Shown: positions 38,401 to 50,834 of the stretch, one piece after another
Numbering within the stretch: the first letter of the stretch is position 1
Layout: each line of letters begins with the position of its first letter
NCBI GenBank assembly: GCA_001949185.1
Contig: BDGG01000002.1
Location: 7,430,448 to 7,494,447, forward strand
Reading direction: 5' to 3'
DNA length: 64,000 nucleotides
Source of the DNA: Ramazzottius varieornatus
Lineage: Eukaryota > Animalia > Tardigrada
Position numbers and translations under genes: made by a program
Notes under the pieces: model-generated
What the model was told of the DNA's origin: nothing
Database searches by the model: none
The model's input: the letters and a program-made list of their open reading frames with translations, nothing else

Positions 38401-38779
38401 GCTAGGTAAGCCTTTGGAGAAAGTTCAGGTCTTCTTCGACGGGGTGGACGCCAAGATCCAGACTGCCGGCATCAAGGCTCACGAAGTGGGCTTCACGACG
38501 CAGTTCAGCAAGGCCGAGCTACGCAAGGTGCTGGCCATGTATCCGCGGAACGTGGTGAAGAAGGGGCTGGAACAGCTGTATCGCAAGGTGGAGAAGCAGT
38601 TGAGCGAAGAGGAGAATATGCTGCAGGCTGTGTGGAGGGACATGCAGCAAGAGTTCATCGATCAGTATAAGAATTACCTGAGATTGATCGATGTCTGTTA
38701 TCCCAGTTCTCAGATTATTTTTGCCTTTGGTGTAGATGATATCCTGAAGATTTTCGAAGAGATTGCCGCTTCGCATTAG
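35473..38779 (+). CDS. EXOC1: Exocyst complex component 1 (Sec3)
   Basis: N-terminal PH-like domain (LQQQVFSADKERL..YLCLVV), ESANVHDLM, AKRNFDNYI, ENYHRL, KKGLEQLYRKVEKQLSEEENMLQAVWRDMQQEFI. Confidence 0.94.
38020..38066. repeat. N25 palindrome copy 8 (EXOC1 intron)
   Basis: AAGTGGCGCAC-25nt-CTGCGCCACTT. Confidence 0.9.
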
Positions 38780-39121
38780 TTTTTTCGCGAACGAACTTGC
38801 CTTGCTTCACTTAGTTTATTGCCGATGGATTTTTGGGCTTCCATGCAGAGACTATAGATTTTGTTCCTGTTTATTTTTGATTATTTGCAGAAGCCTCTGT
38901 CAAGAACGGTGAATGTGCGTGTTTCTCGTACGGCTATGTAAATCATCATGAATATCTCATTACCTCGTCGACTGGCGATCGCGCCAGGAAACTTCCAGTG
39001 ACTCCCAAGTTATGTAACTACACACACCGCTGTTCTTTCAGACATTTCCTTAATGAATAACTTCCGCTCCTCCGGTGTCGAACATTATTACCGACAGTTT
39101 AATGTATTAGTGTACTCTGGT

Positions 39122-39858
39122 ATGGGAAACAAGATCGCAACTTTTACAGAGGAGCAGTTCGAAGAATACCAGGATTGCACGAACTTTGCCCGCAAGGAAA
39201 TCCAAGATGTCTATAAGAAATTCTACAACATCAACCCGCAAGTCATTCCCGAAGTGATGTCCAGATGGGACTGTCAGGTACACTTATTCTTCCAGGTCTT
39301 TTCGATAGATTCTGCTCATACGTGGAAGATTGTTCTATCTACTTTGTAGAATATTAAGCTTAGCAAAGCAGAGCTGGAAAACATCTCCGAGCTGAAGGAA
39401 AACCCTTACAAGCGACGGATTCTGAAAGTTTTCAGCGAGGATGAGTCGGGTGACATGTCATTCGACGACTTCCTCAACATGTTCTCCGTTTTCAGCGAAC
39501 GCGCGCCGAAAGAGCAAAAGGCTTACTACGCATTTAAGATTTACGACTATGACGGTGATGGCTTTCACGGACTACAGGATCTCGGCAAAACTTTAAAAGC
39601 TTTGACAAAAGACAGCTTGGATGACAAAGAGAGGAAGCTCGTGTGTGAAAGAGTCATGAAAGAAGCCAATCTAGAGTACGTGACCACATGAGACATGAAG
39701 AATTTTTTCAGAAAATCCAACAAGCTGCTATTGTTTGTAACTTTCGAGACTGATATTTTCTGTATTACAGTGACAACGGAGCCATATCCTTCTCCGAGTT
39801 CGAGAACGTCGTCATCAAGTCAGCGGAATTCGCCGAGACCTTCCACATCCGCATTTGA
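39122..39858 (+). CDS. Calcium- and integrin-binding family protein (CIB2/3-like)
   Basis: MGNKIATFTEEQFEEYQDCT, ELKENPYKRRILKVFSED, FDDFLNMFSVFSE, YAFKIYDYD, TFHIRI*. Confidence 0.93.
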
Positions 39859-39972
39859 GATACGGAGTACTACGTAGTACATTTGTTAAACCCACCACTA
39901 GAACCACTATTCTGTACTACGGACAGTTATACTACAATGAACTCTTTCCCTGTAGTCACTGTGCGTCTTCTA

Positions 39973-42365
39973 TCAGTCTGCGTTGCTTGTCGAAGCTCTC
40001 GGAGTCTTCAGGCTATCCGCTGTAGTCTTCCGACGATAGCGCTGGAACAAGAAGCGAAATATTCAATTTTAAAACCACAGTCATAGAGTAAGAATAGAAA
40101 GTTTTACCGATCCGAGAGTGGAAGGTGCGATGTCCAGCCGACTACTCAAGTGTTGTTCGGAAGTCTCCCTCAATACGGCATCGGCCCTCTCCAAGAGTTC
40201 GCCGATCTGTGGATCGTCAGCTTTGTCGCCCATGTCGATTCTGAGATGATTCAGATCTGTTTGAGCGTTAACCACAGCTGTCTTCAGTTCGTACAGCAGC
40301 AGCAGGTCGGACCTCAGCTTGTTGAACTCGTCGATGGTCTCTTCATTGGCCATCGGCATATCATCCAAGCCCAGCTCCCCCAGCATGGACTTTAGGGCTA
40401 TCGTCTTCTTGCTACTCACTGAGTTGGGAAGCTTCAAACGGGCACTGCGAGCGTGTGCTCCTGCTGCCTTGATTTCGGGGAACTTCAAATCTAAAAAAAT
40501 ACAAGAACTTCATATCACTTCACCTTCACTTGTGTTCAACCGTATTTGGGACCTGGGCAGAAACGAGATCGACCAGCTTGCCTGCCAAAGTGGCGCATGT
40601 TTCCATCGATCTGAGCTGAGAGCTGGCACCACTTAGAAAAAATATCTTGTCGAGTTTGTTTTCGATTTCTCATTCAATCGTAGTTTTCTGTGATCTTCCC
40701 TTCTTTCAACTCTTTGATTCAGCCACCACCCATCAGCACAAGTCGAGAGACTTTTACAGTCTTTGGTAAAACTATATTAAATTTGTCCATGTTGCTTACT
40801 GGCTTCGAGGACGGCGGTCAGCCCAGGCATGGCCGGGATGTCTTGCACTTTGTTTCGCTTCTCGCCCTTCTTCTTCTCGGTACCTTTCTTGGTGGTCTTC
40901 TTCCCTTGAGTCTGTATCTGAGGTTTCTCTGTTGTCGCGCCTCCACTGGCGCTGGACTGTCGGCTAGCAGGAGGTCGCGGAGAGTCACTTCCGGCGCTCG
41001 TTCTCGCTTTAAAGCCGTTTATCCTCATGTGCATGTTACCATGCCGGCGTTCTCGTTCTTCCTTGTTTGACTTGATCTTGCGTTCTTGCTCTTTCAGCAA
41101 CTTGTGCTCATCGATCTGCAACAACCACGTTCACTTCCAGGGCAAATTCCAGTCCAAATTCTCAGTTGCAATGTGAGAACCTGGCTAAAAAACCCGACAA
41201 GTTCGTTTCACAAAGCGGCGCACCTTCACAATATTTTGGGCTGAAAACATGAGTCGCTTGGAAAAGCGATCTTGTCGAGTCCGTTTGTTATCCCCAGTGG
41301 TGCACGTCTATAGCGTTATTGGTTGAATGCGTGAGCCACCCAGCGAAACGATCTTGCCGAGTTTGTTTCCCGATCTCCCATTTTCACCAAATTTAAATTA
41401 CCTCACCTCTTTCTGTGTGCGGTTCTGCAGTCGTTCAAGTTGCGTTCTTCTTTTTCTCTCACTGGCGGCATCGTAAGGAGGCAGCGGAGGTCGTTTATCA
41501 TTGCGGAGTCTCAGCAGGAAGTTGTAGACTTCTGTGAAACGCGCCCGCAGGTCGACACAGTCCTTCTTACCATACGCTTCACTGTTCCACGAGTACTGGA
41601 GAATCTCGAAGCGTAGGTCGAACTGACTAACCAAGTCGAACAGATGTCTGGTAGCGTCTTCGGACCACGGCTCGTTGGGATCAACAGGTAAGTGCTGGAA
41701 CTCGGAGCTGGTGAACGAAGGAAGGCGTAAAGGCTCCGTGAATGTGTGAGCTTCCAGCTTGGCGAAAGGATACTCTTTGTCAGCATCTTCGGCTTTGCAC
41801 CAGTGCGCGAGGTACTTGAGAGCTCCTACAAAAACAGTTACCTTCGTGTTAACTTTTTCGTATGGAACGAAATACCCTTCCTTCACCAGGTCTATTTGAT
41901 GGACTGAAGTGCGTCATGAGCCATTTTCGTGCTCTGCGTTTCTTGTCCCGGTTGATGGTTTTCTTCCAGGAGTCCGAAGACGGAGCGGTGCTTGGTATGG
42001 TGGAGAACTGCTCGGGCAGATCACCGTCGATAGCCATAATGTTGAACAATTCTCGCGACATTCCCTTTGGCTTGGGCGTCTTCTTGGCTTTGGCGCTGGA
42101 CTTCGCCAGCTTAGCAGCAGACGCTCCCGACGAAGTGGCTTCATTGCGATCGGTTCCGAGCATATCGTAAACATCTACAGTTAGAGGAAATGGTAAGGAA
42201 CATTTCCAGAGCAGCGTATGCGATGTGCCGGAATACAGGCTTGAGCTTGAAGGTGTCTAATGCAGCCCTCTGTTTACATGATATCAAACAATCAACCATC
42301 ACCCGCGTGCAAATTCGACCTTGTACAACAGAAATTCAAAGCCAAAGGAACTTACGTTGCGCCAT
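39973..42365 (-). CDS. DMAP1: DNA methyltransferase 1-associated protein 1 (Swc4/Eaf2, NuA4/SWR1 subunit)
   Basis: PKGMSRELF, HW..EYPFAK, SANT W..DATRHLFDLVSQFDLRF, YDAASERKRRTQLERL.NRT, KFPEIKAAG..RSARLKLP, FNKLRSDLLLLYELK; first micro-exon (MAQ) tentative. Confidence 0.92.
40588..40634. repeat. N25 palindrome copy 9 (DMAP1 intron)
   Basis: AAGTGGCGCAT-25nt-TGGCACCACTT. Confidence 0.82.
41213..41341. repeat. N25 palindrome copies 10 and 11, tandem (DMAP1 intron)
   Basis: AAGCGGCGCAC-25-ATGAGTCGCTT and CAGTGGTGCAC-25-GTGAGCCACCC. Confidence 0.8.
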
Positions 42366-43159
42366 TCTTTACAGGTTCAAGGTTCCCCGAACACTTGCTA
42401 ACCAAAGCCAAGGATCCTTCTTCTCTGCAGAACGGCCAGGAGTCGAGGTGGTAACTCTGACACTGATCAAAGTAACGTTTCCTCCAGAGATCAGAAGGTG
42501 TAAGTAAGGTGAATTCTCCGAAGAGGAGAGACTGATCGAATTTCCAGCAGGATCAAATTGGTCGCTTTCGAAACACTGTCTGCCACAGCTTTGAGCAAGT
42601 ATTGATACGCCAACAGAACACCGTATCACGCCGATTGCTTGATTACCTAAAGTTCGTCCTGCTGAAAACGGTTTGATTTGCGCAACTGACTGAGGCTCAG
42701 GCAGACCCTGCCGTGTTCAGTGCGCGGAAACTGCTCTCGCTTAACTGCAATCCTGAATCCTGATTCTCCAAATTTTGATAGCCCTCTCGTACGTATAACT
42801 ATCTGGAACTGTACTTAATCTGAAGCGGACGGTTGCTCCTTGACCTGACCAGTGTGTACGGCAGAAAGTGGATACCGCAGCGATCAAGACGGACGTTTTT
42901 TGAACGCCCGTTGGAAGGCCTTGACAGCGGAGCGTATCCGTCCTGTAGACAAGGACCAGCCGGAAACGGACCAGCTGGTGGAGCAGAGCCACACTCTCCC
43001 CTCCTGTAGCTTGGCCGCAACACTTCCTCGCACCGAGAAAACCAACTAGGCTCGGCTGGTCCTACTGTGGGATTGCTGGTAGATGATGGAGTACCCGTTG
43101 AAATACGCCCAAGTAAGAGCTGCTCATGTCGATGACTTTGCGTATATACGTGCATAGAT

Positions 43160-44392
43160 ATGGACCGACAACCTGTGTTTTCTTTTCAGATTTGCATGGT
43201 TTTAGGCAGCCTTTTCCAAGCATACGCTCAAGATATCGCCAAAGCTGTATCCATATCTCATTGCTTGGAAAGTAAGGTGTGCTCACGTTTAGGCTGGAAT
43301 TTTTACAGTTCTACAGTATACTCGACCGCGGTTCTTCCTGGTGCCGCATCTGCAGCTACCTTTCAGCGTCAGTTGTTTGTGACTTTCTTTTGCAGGTGAA
43401 ATAAAGCTTCAATGTGAAAAGTTGACCGAGTTTTCTATCCAGTCGTTACGGATAAACCAAACTCAGACATTTTCGCACACGTTAACGCCCGCGGAGAGGA
43501 ATCAAATAGAGGTGGGCACTTCCGGTCCTATTTTCTTACTCTCTTTTTCGGGCATCTGTGATAGCATCGCTTAAGCCCCCCTGGTATATTTCGCAGAGAG
43601 CTTCGAACAAGAACGAGCTTTATTTCATCCGAGCAAAGCTGGACAACGAAAGAGACAGTACTTATATACAGTCGTTCTGCAAAGCGGTAACAAAGCCTCA
43701 TTTCGTATCGCGAACATCTTCCGGGAAAGTCTATATCCGTGAGGTGGATCAACTTTCGTGTTTTTAGACGGATATTGTGGACTCGTCCTTTGTTCTCGGT
43801 GTTATTTTGAACGTGGACGCTTTCGGCCGGCCATATGCCGTCGAAGTTGGGCCGGTTGATCCTGCCGATCGGCGATTACTCCTTTTGCCCGAAGAGCCCA
43901 GTGACGGTACCTTATTAGGTCTTGTCACAGTCCTGGGAAGTCAAAGTGCACCGACGTGAGTACATTATACGATTCTGACCTGTTGAATTCGATACATGCT
44001 GTGTATTGTTATCTCCTCTTCTTTCGTTACAGGCCCGATGTCGAAGGCTACAGGAAGAAGCTGCAGAGGGAGCAGGCCGAGAAGAAGGCAGCCGAAAGCT
44101 CGGACAATAGATCCTTCTTGTCCAAATACGTAAGTGTCTTCCTTTTGATCAACCTCTAAAGTAAGGAACGAATAAGGTCAATTGCCGAAGTAATAAACAC
44201 TCCCGCGCACGGGATGGATGCCTTTCAATTGGCTATTGTCTCCTACCAAACTAAACCGTTATTTTATCCCAAATCCTGCTCGCCTCCGTAATAACCGCTG
44301 GTTTCTCTTTACAGTGGATGTACATTGTTCCCGTCGTCCTCTTTATGCTCTTTTCGGGTGGGATGCAGGGCGGACCACAAGGTGGAGGCTGA
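43160..44392 (+). CDS. EMC10: ER membrane protein complex subunit 10
   Basis: Signal peptide, multi-exon lumenal domain, C-terminal PDVEGYRKKLQREQ..DNRSFLSKY|WMYIVPVVLFML; start could instead be 43197. Confidence 0.85.
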
Positions 44393-44747
44393 AGCGATCT
44401 TCACGAAGGCTCCTAGGCTCTTATTCTAAACTGCGAAGAATTATTTTGGGTGGCAAGTGTAGGAGTTTTCTGTATTAGCGTCTTAAAGGCAGCATTGACA
44501 AGTGTTCTTCACCTCCCGAGGCTTTGTTCTTTATTTCCAAAAGCTCGTACTGTGATGACGCCAAGCTTTTGTTTGGGTATTGAGTCATGTGTTTTGTCAG
44601 ACGATTATCTGAGATTTCTTACGCTTCTGTCGAAGGTCTTTGCCTCCACGCGGGTTTCTTCTTATGGATGAGGGACCCTACTGGGCGTGCTGTAACGTTC
44701 CGATAGTCATGGGACCTGGGCAAATGATTTGAAGCAGGTCGTTTCCT

Positions 44748-44794
44748 AAGTGGCGCACATTACTGGCTGATAACAACGGAAACGTGCGTCGCTT
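44748..44794. repeat. N25 palindrome copy 12 (between convergent 3' ends)
   Basis: AAGTGGCGCAC-25nt-GTGCGTCGCTT. Confidence 0.88.
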
Positions 44795-45057
44795 GATGTG
44801 GCGGTCTCGCGCAGTTCATTTGCTCACGTTTTATGTAATTATCGTAAGGTGAATGTAGCTCGAAGATTCTGGAACGACCAAGCAACGCTGAAGTGTATCA
44901 ATATGTAATTATTTATGTGCAATATGCTCGTCACAGAACAATAAGGATAAAGTCGTCACGCCATCTGAATGACTGGCATGGGGGTGGAAAATAAATCAAC
45001 AAGAATTATAAGATGTTCATAGAACATGTGATTTTGAGACTCGGAGAGAAAAACTCT

Positions 45058-45066
45058 AATAAATAA
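45058..45066 (-). promoter_or_regulatory. AU-rich element nonamer UUAUUUAUU in the putative 3'UTR of the cytokine-like gene
   Basis: AATAAATAA on + strand reads TTATTTATT on the - strand, about 220 nt after the stop codon. Confidence 0.45.
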
Positions 45067-45283
45067 TTTCAACGATAAAAACCAGAAGATAAAAAACCTG
45101 CATGTCATCGGTATATCACATTGGCAAAGAGTCATCGTAACATCCGTTTTAAATTAAACATTAGCTAGCCGGACAGATCCTCCCTCCAACATTTTTGGAG
45201 TCATATTTGGTTTGAGTCGAGAGATTCCACTGAGATCACTTCAAGAGAGTGAGAGTACGCTTCTCCTCAGCCAGACTGAAGGT

Positions 45284-46215
45284 TCACTTCCTCGCCGATC
45301 TTTGGTGGAAGCTGCCGAAAAGCTGGAACACAAAGTTGAGGATCTTGGCTGAACCATCGAGCCTTAGGATGTCCCGAAGGTTCCTTCTGGACGAATCTTG
45401 TATTGAGGAGATATCGATGGATTTCAGCTCTTGAGCGACTGCTGGATCGGGTTCGATGCCGGCTTGGTTCATGGCCATGCGGACGGAACACATCAGGACC
45501 TGAAGACCGGCGGGTCCTCGCTGAATTTCGTCAAGTGCTTCCAGGTCCAGACCGTAATAGAGGTTCTCGTCGGCGTCCGTGCTGGCGAGATGCACGGCGA
45601 TGTACTGAAGGAGACGATAAGTTAGCTTCAGACCACTTTCCGGCTCGAACACGACCATCTTCTCCAGATTGCGTTCCGGAGGCTGAGGGAACTTGGCGAG
45701 CTCAAAGAGATGAATTTGGTGCTTCAGGTACGGATCTCCATCTTCCTGTGAAATGAAAAACAATTTGATTAGGTGCTTGATTCTTGTTGGGGAACGAGGA
45801 GGAATGTGAAGAATATCGTGTTCACATACTGTACCTTTTGGGTCTTCAAATGTTGAATCTGCTTATACAGCGCTTCTGCATAATTGCGGATTGCCTGGAA
45901 ATGGTGCTTGAAGCTTCCTGAGTCGAAGATTTCGACTTTGTTTTGCGAGGACTGAGGGGCAGTATCCAGGGACTTTGGCGAACTATCGCCACAGGGGTTC
46001 ATCCAGTAAGGCTCGACGTAAGCGCGTGGTGTCCGACGTAAGAGTCCGCTGTTGCGGAAATATGACGTGTAGGGTGCGGCGCTGGTGTTTCTCAATATGA
46101 CCAAGGCCAATAAAATGAAACTGAGCTCTAAAATAACAGCAAAACACACGTTAGTCACCACACTAAAGATCACGCACGCCTTTTAAATTGCACCCAGATC
46201 AACAGTTGAGTTCAT
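45284..46215 (-). CDS. Secreted helical protein, Unpaired/IL-6-like cytokine candidate
   Basis: Signal peptide (..ELSFILLALVILRNTSA), WMNPCG motif, amphipathic helices, LMCSVRMAM and NLRDILRL near C-terminus; intron at about 45746-45835; ATG exon at 46215 tentative. Confidence 0.65.
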
Positions 46216-47983
46216 AAGGAAATGCCGCCTTTTGAATTTCAAGTACTCGAGCTCGTATACTGACACACTTTACTGATGAACGCGTTGCCCCAGTGGACTC
46301 GCGCACACTCTGCGTAAGTGATATAAAGCGCCAAGTCTCTTGGGAAACCCCAAAGTTGGTCAAATCAATCAAGGAAAGGGGTGTGGGAGACAAATTATGC
46401 AGAATTTACGGTATTTCGGGGAAAAGCGCCAGTCATCTTGGCGATGAAGAAAGATATGAATGAAATCCCACGTGGTTCAGTGTATCTACACTAAACAGTG
46501 TGACCGATGACTCATTGGCCACTCAATGCCACACATTCCATTCGGAACGCACATCACATGACATGACATACTGTGGGTTGAATTTAAAGGCAAATTACTG
46601 CGCCGGTTAACGTGGTCAGTGGGCACTGGTCAGCGCGGCTATGTACACAAGCCAGCGATGATCTCATCGCGCCTCATTCCCACCTCAAGAGCAATTAAGC
46701 CCATTATGATGTCAAAACTGGACAGTATCGAAAAGTAACAAGCTGCCTTCCCGTGTGTTCTATACAAAGCTTTGGTTGGAAAATCCGCTTCGTTGTCAGT
46801 TAGGTGTCTGGTTCCCTCTTGTTATTCCACACCTCAAAGCCCAAGAATGGAAAGTATTCGCAATTGGCAACCAAGCGCAAGTTTGCATCAGCTGGAACAG
46901 CATTCTATACCTGACTTTGACTTTGATGTCTGACCGGGGGGAAAAACCTCCAGAAGCATGTCTAGAAACCCATCAAGCGAACTGCACGGAATTATGGGCG
47001 GGTGTCAAGACCCAGGGTCGCAGATGGAGAGCTCGAGGCCCGACGCCCGGCAGGGAACCTTCCGAAACTTCGCAAAAACCGGTCTGGCCAATGTACATAG
47101 TACGAAGAACTTTCGATATTCACCACAACGGAATGTTGACCGTTGCTTGAATATCAAATGAGCATTTTTGGGAAAGCCGGATTTAAATTCTGGAAATATC
47201 TGCCTACTTCCGGGTCTATCAAGAAATTTACGGCACAAGTATTCTCCGGCCGAAATTTGGCAAAACCCGTCACAGTTATGAGATAATGGTTCTAGAGCAA
47301 ATGAGTAGTTTCGCTCTTCGTTATATTACAAAATTCTTCCATTAATCATTTTTCGAAAGATAGCTAGTTCGAACGGTTGGAATGTGACAACTATGATCTC
47401 ATCGCGTTAATCCGCGCTGTACACATTAGAATTCAGTAAGAAGCGCGTTCTGCGTCGGTCATGAAAATAAATTACTCGGATATCGAACGGGAAAATTCTG
47501 CTTCACTAAATTCCGTATCCGATGCGCGCACGAAGAACTGTGTACGCAAACCTGTTGATCTGTCTATTTGTGAGATGACTTCAAAAATTCTGGGATGAAA
47601 AAGACTTACCACGAAAAAGTTTTCCGGTGAGAGATCCCATGACTGTCATCCCAATCACGGCGTCGAGGAGGTTTCCCAAAAACAAGATGACTAAGCAGTC
47701 CGCCGAACACTTCCGTGGACGATCAGGTACTCTGTATATCGTTGTCCCCGCTGACTCTTGTAAGGACCCATGCATTTACTTATGAGCGCGAAAAGAGATG
47801 CTGAGAGACTCGGATACTCTTAATCAACATTTAAAGATTCAGATTCAAGAGATTGCAATTAAATAAGTCAAAGATTGCTATCTCGCGTGGACCGGCTGTT
47901 TATATATCTTTGCATTGCGTTTCAGAACGGTTAAACTCCGCCCTATGTATTACTTATAACCCCGAACCCACCACATTTTGGTA

Positions 47984-50191
47984 CGAGGTAGAGGGCATGG
48001 AGTGTTCAAGACAAAAATTCGGGCGTGGAGAGTTCAAGACTGCGGTATAGGGTGGCACCACTTGTCTTTCCTCAATTTCAAGCAAGAGAGGTACCGTCAA
48101 GTTAGCTGCGGTACGGTTGTTATCAGCGGTATGCCACCGCATTATTAGGTTGTTCTTTACCCACAGTCCTGAAGTATCGAAATATTACTTCCAACTTACA
48201 CCCCTTTAACCGGCAACCACTTCTCGCTAAGAGGTAATTATCAAGACACAAATACGTCCAGATTAAAATTGAAAATAAGACAAACAAAAGCGGAATCCGC
48301 AGGAAGTAACCAAATTTATGCCGTTTTCATCTTCTTTTTTAGGACAGAGTTGGAAGTCTTCTTTGAGGTTTTTGGCTCAGGAGCATTTCTTTTAGCTTTC
48401 TTGGCTGCCGCCTCGGCTGCTTTCGCAGCCTCGTTTCGCACCAGAACCTCCACAAATTCGCCGGCAGTCACCATAGCTCCAGACTGCAGGTCCAGCTGCT
48501 TGTTTGTTGGTCGACGTTGCTTCTTTGGCGCTTCTTCGAACAGCATTTTCTGCAAAGCACTAGCGAGAACAGCGGCAGGAGCTATATATTGCTTTGTTAA
48601 GAGTATAAACTCTTTGATTCGACCAAATTTGTCTTGCGAAACAATGTCGTATTCGTCAAGTAGAAGCTTGGCAAGTTTCGCATCCTTTTCTCGTTCAGCC
48701 TCAATGTGGACTCCACAGTTAAATTTATTTGGATCGCGGTGAGCTTTGACTGTGTTTCTGATAACCTCGGGTGAGAAAGGAAATAATCCGCATTTCTGGA
48801 ATCCAGATTTAAGGCATTCTCCAGCTCTAAAAGCGAACTTCTCGGGAGAACCGTCTTTGTGAAACCAGAGCTTCACAATATGGGAAAGGAAGTTGTCTTT
48901 CGTGATCTACGAAAAGGCACCGGTTTACGACATATAACAACGGAATAAGTGAAACAGATTCACGAACCATTCCGCCAGCCAAAGCGTTTCGCGAGCCGAC
49001 GTAACTGTGCCATTTCTTCTTAATTCCGCCGAAAGCAGGCACATCGAAAGGTTGAAGATGATTGGTTTGGCCAACGGGAAGACAAAATATTTCGACACGT
49101 TTTCCAGTATCCTTGAAGAAGTCTTGACAGTATCGAACCAACAGTAGGTTGTTGACGTGGCAAAAATGGCCGTCCACAAAGATGACTGTCTATAAATAAA
49201 ACCAAGTCACCATTTAAAGGGATTCCCTTGAATATCATTATGATGAGGCGCATCACGTCACAATAGTGTTCCGCTATAATGGTCACCGTAACAGCGGCAA
49301 AACCGAAAGAAATGACGTCACACGCAACTACACTGCCTTACCAATAATTCTGTGATGGCTGGGAGAACTTCCTTCTTGATGTAATTTGCGAAGAGAATTT
49401 GATCCATGTAGCCAGAAGAGTTCACTGCGTGGTAGATCATGTCGAAAGTATCATCCAACCTAGACTGAACATGGACTTTTCCTGCGTAAAGCGCCAGAAA
49501 ACTTGCCAAGATGTCTTCTGCCCATTGAGGAAATTTCGTTTTCCCACCGTGAGGTTCAGGATTTGGATTTTCTATCCGACGGCGCATCGTCATTCGGCAA
49601 ACTCCAAACTCCAGCGCAGCTGCGTTCTCGCTGAGTCCTCTTTCCTTGACAGCCTTGATGGCCGCTTCCACCATCAGCTCTTTGTTAACCTGAACAGCGG
49701 TCTTGAGTTTCCTGGAAGCCATGTTGAAGGGAGTCCCTGAGAGAAGTGTCACAGAAGTTCACAAATGATCTTTGTAAAATTTGGCCTCGCTGCATCGAAA
49801 ACCGTAGTACGGTTGCTCACTGCCCCGGAGATACGTCAAGGAACACCTATGCCTGGCCAAACAGACATATGAGACTCACGAATTTGTGAAAACCAGACTG
49901 ATGACGCACAGCACCACCATATCATGAGAACGACACCAGCGCCTCTTGTGGCCCACGGTTTATTTTTTGAGCAGGCTTTTTAACATGGGACTCGAGCGTC
50001 CTTCTTCCCAAGACTCCTTTCTCAGCTTTCCACCGCTTATCGGTTGCTCGCTTTACATCTTATAAATGGAGAAAATTTTCTCTATTAAATGAGCCCATAT
50101 GGAGCAAAGTCCATCCAATAATGTTGGAGATATTACGTTGAACTCTCCGCACCCGAATTTTTGTCTTGAACACTCCATGCCCTCTACCTCG
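47984..50191 (-). mobile_element. Second pogo-like DNA transposon, internally deleted (non-autonomous)
   Basis: About 40-bp TIRs CGAGGTAGAGGGCATGGAGTGTTCAAGACAAAAATTCGGG flanked by TA; HTH_psq fused directly to LALYAGKVH..SGYMD; VDGHFCH, LQPFDV, GLFPFSP homologous to the element at 22219. Confidence 0.95.
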
Positions 50192-50787
50192 TATGTGGTT
50201 TTCATTGGTCGAGCTGGGCGGTGGGGTCGAACACGTCATACAGTAAGAGTAAGTAGATGTAGATGAAAATAACGCCTCGGCATGGAACCGCTAAACATAA
50301 CTGGCTACAAAAGCCCACCTTGTGAGAATGACGCCTTGCCGCTTTATTTCCATTCCATGTCTTAATTTGTCTTTCCGTTTTTCATTAGACAGGTTCTGTT
50401 TGACAATGTTACACAATTTCATTTAGAGCCAATTTTGGCGCCTACTTCCTTATTTGAGCTACGATGCTGTATACGGGGAAAGGTGTGGTTCAATTAGATG
50501 TCTGGGTGCGTCTTATGCAAATCGTGAGGAGCTCATTGCCCGAAAAACAGATCGTTTTTTTTAAAATCGAGCTTCCTAATGTAAGCGGACGGAGTAAAGA
50601 AAAGAGTGGAGGCGCTAATCAGGAAGTGATTCAGTCAGAAGAACAATACGGTCGTTGAATGCGGTAGTCTGAGCCTTACGTATCCGCTACAGCAAGACGT
50701 TCATGCGAAATAATGCAAACGCTGAAGGAAAATCGAAGAAACGTCAGACGCGAGCTGAGCAAACAGAACGCACAAAGTCATCGACCT

Positions 50788-50834
50788 AAGTAGCGCACGC
50801 TTCCAGCCAATAACATGAAAAATGTGCGCAACTT
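50788..50834. repeat. N25 palindrome copy 13 (intergenic)
   Basis: AAGTAGCGCAC-25nt-GTGCGCAACTT. Confidence 0.85.

Noticed and set aside
42741-43155. ORFs between DMAP1 and EMC10
   Set aside because: No recognisable homology; likely bidirectional promoter and 5'UTR exon of EMC10
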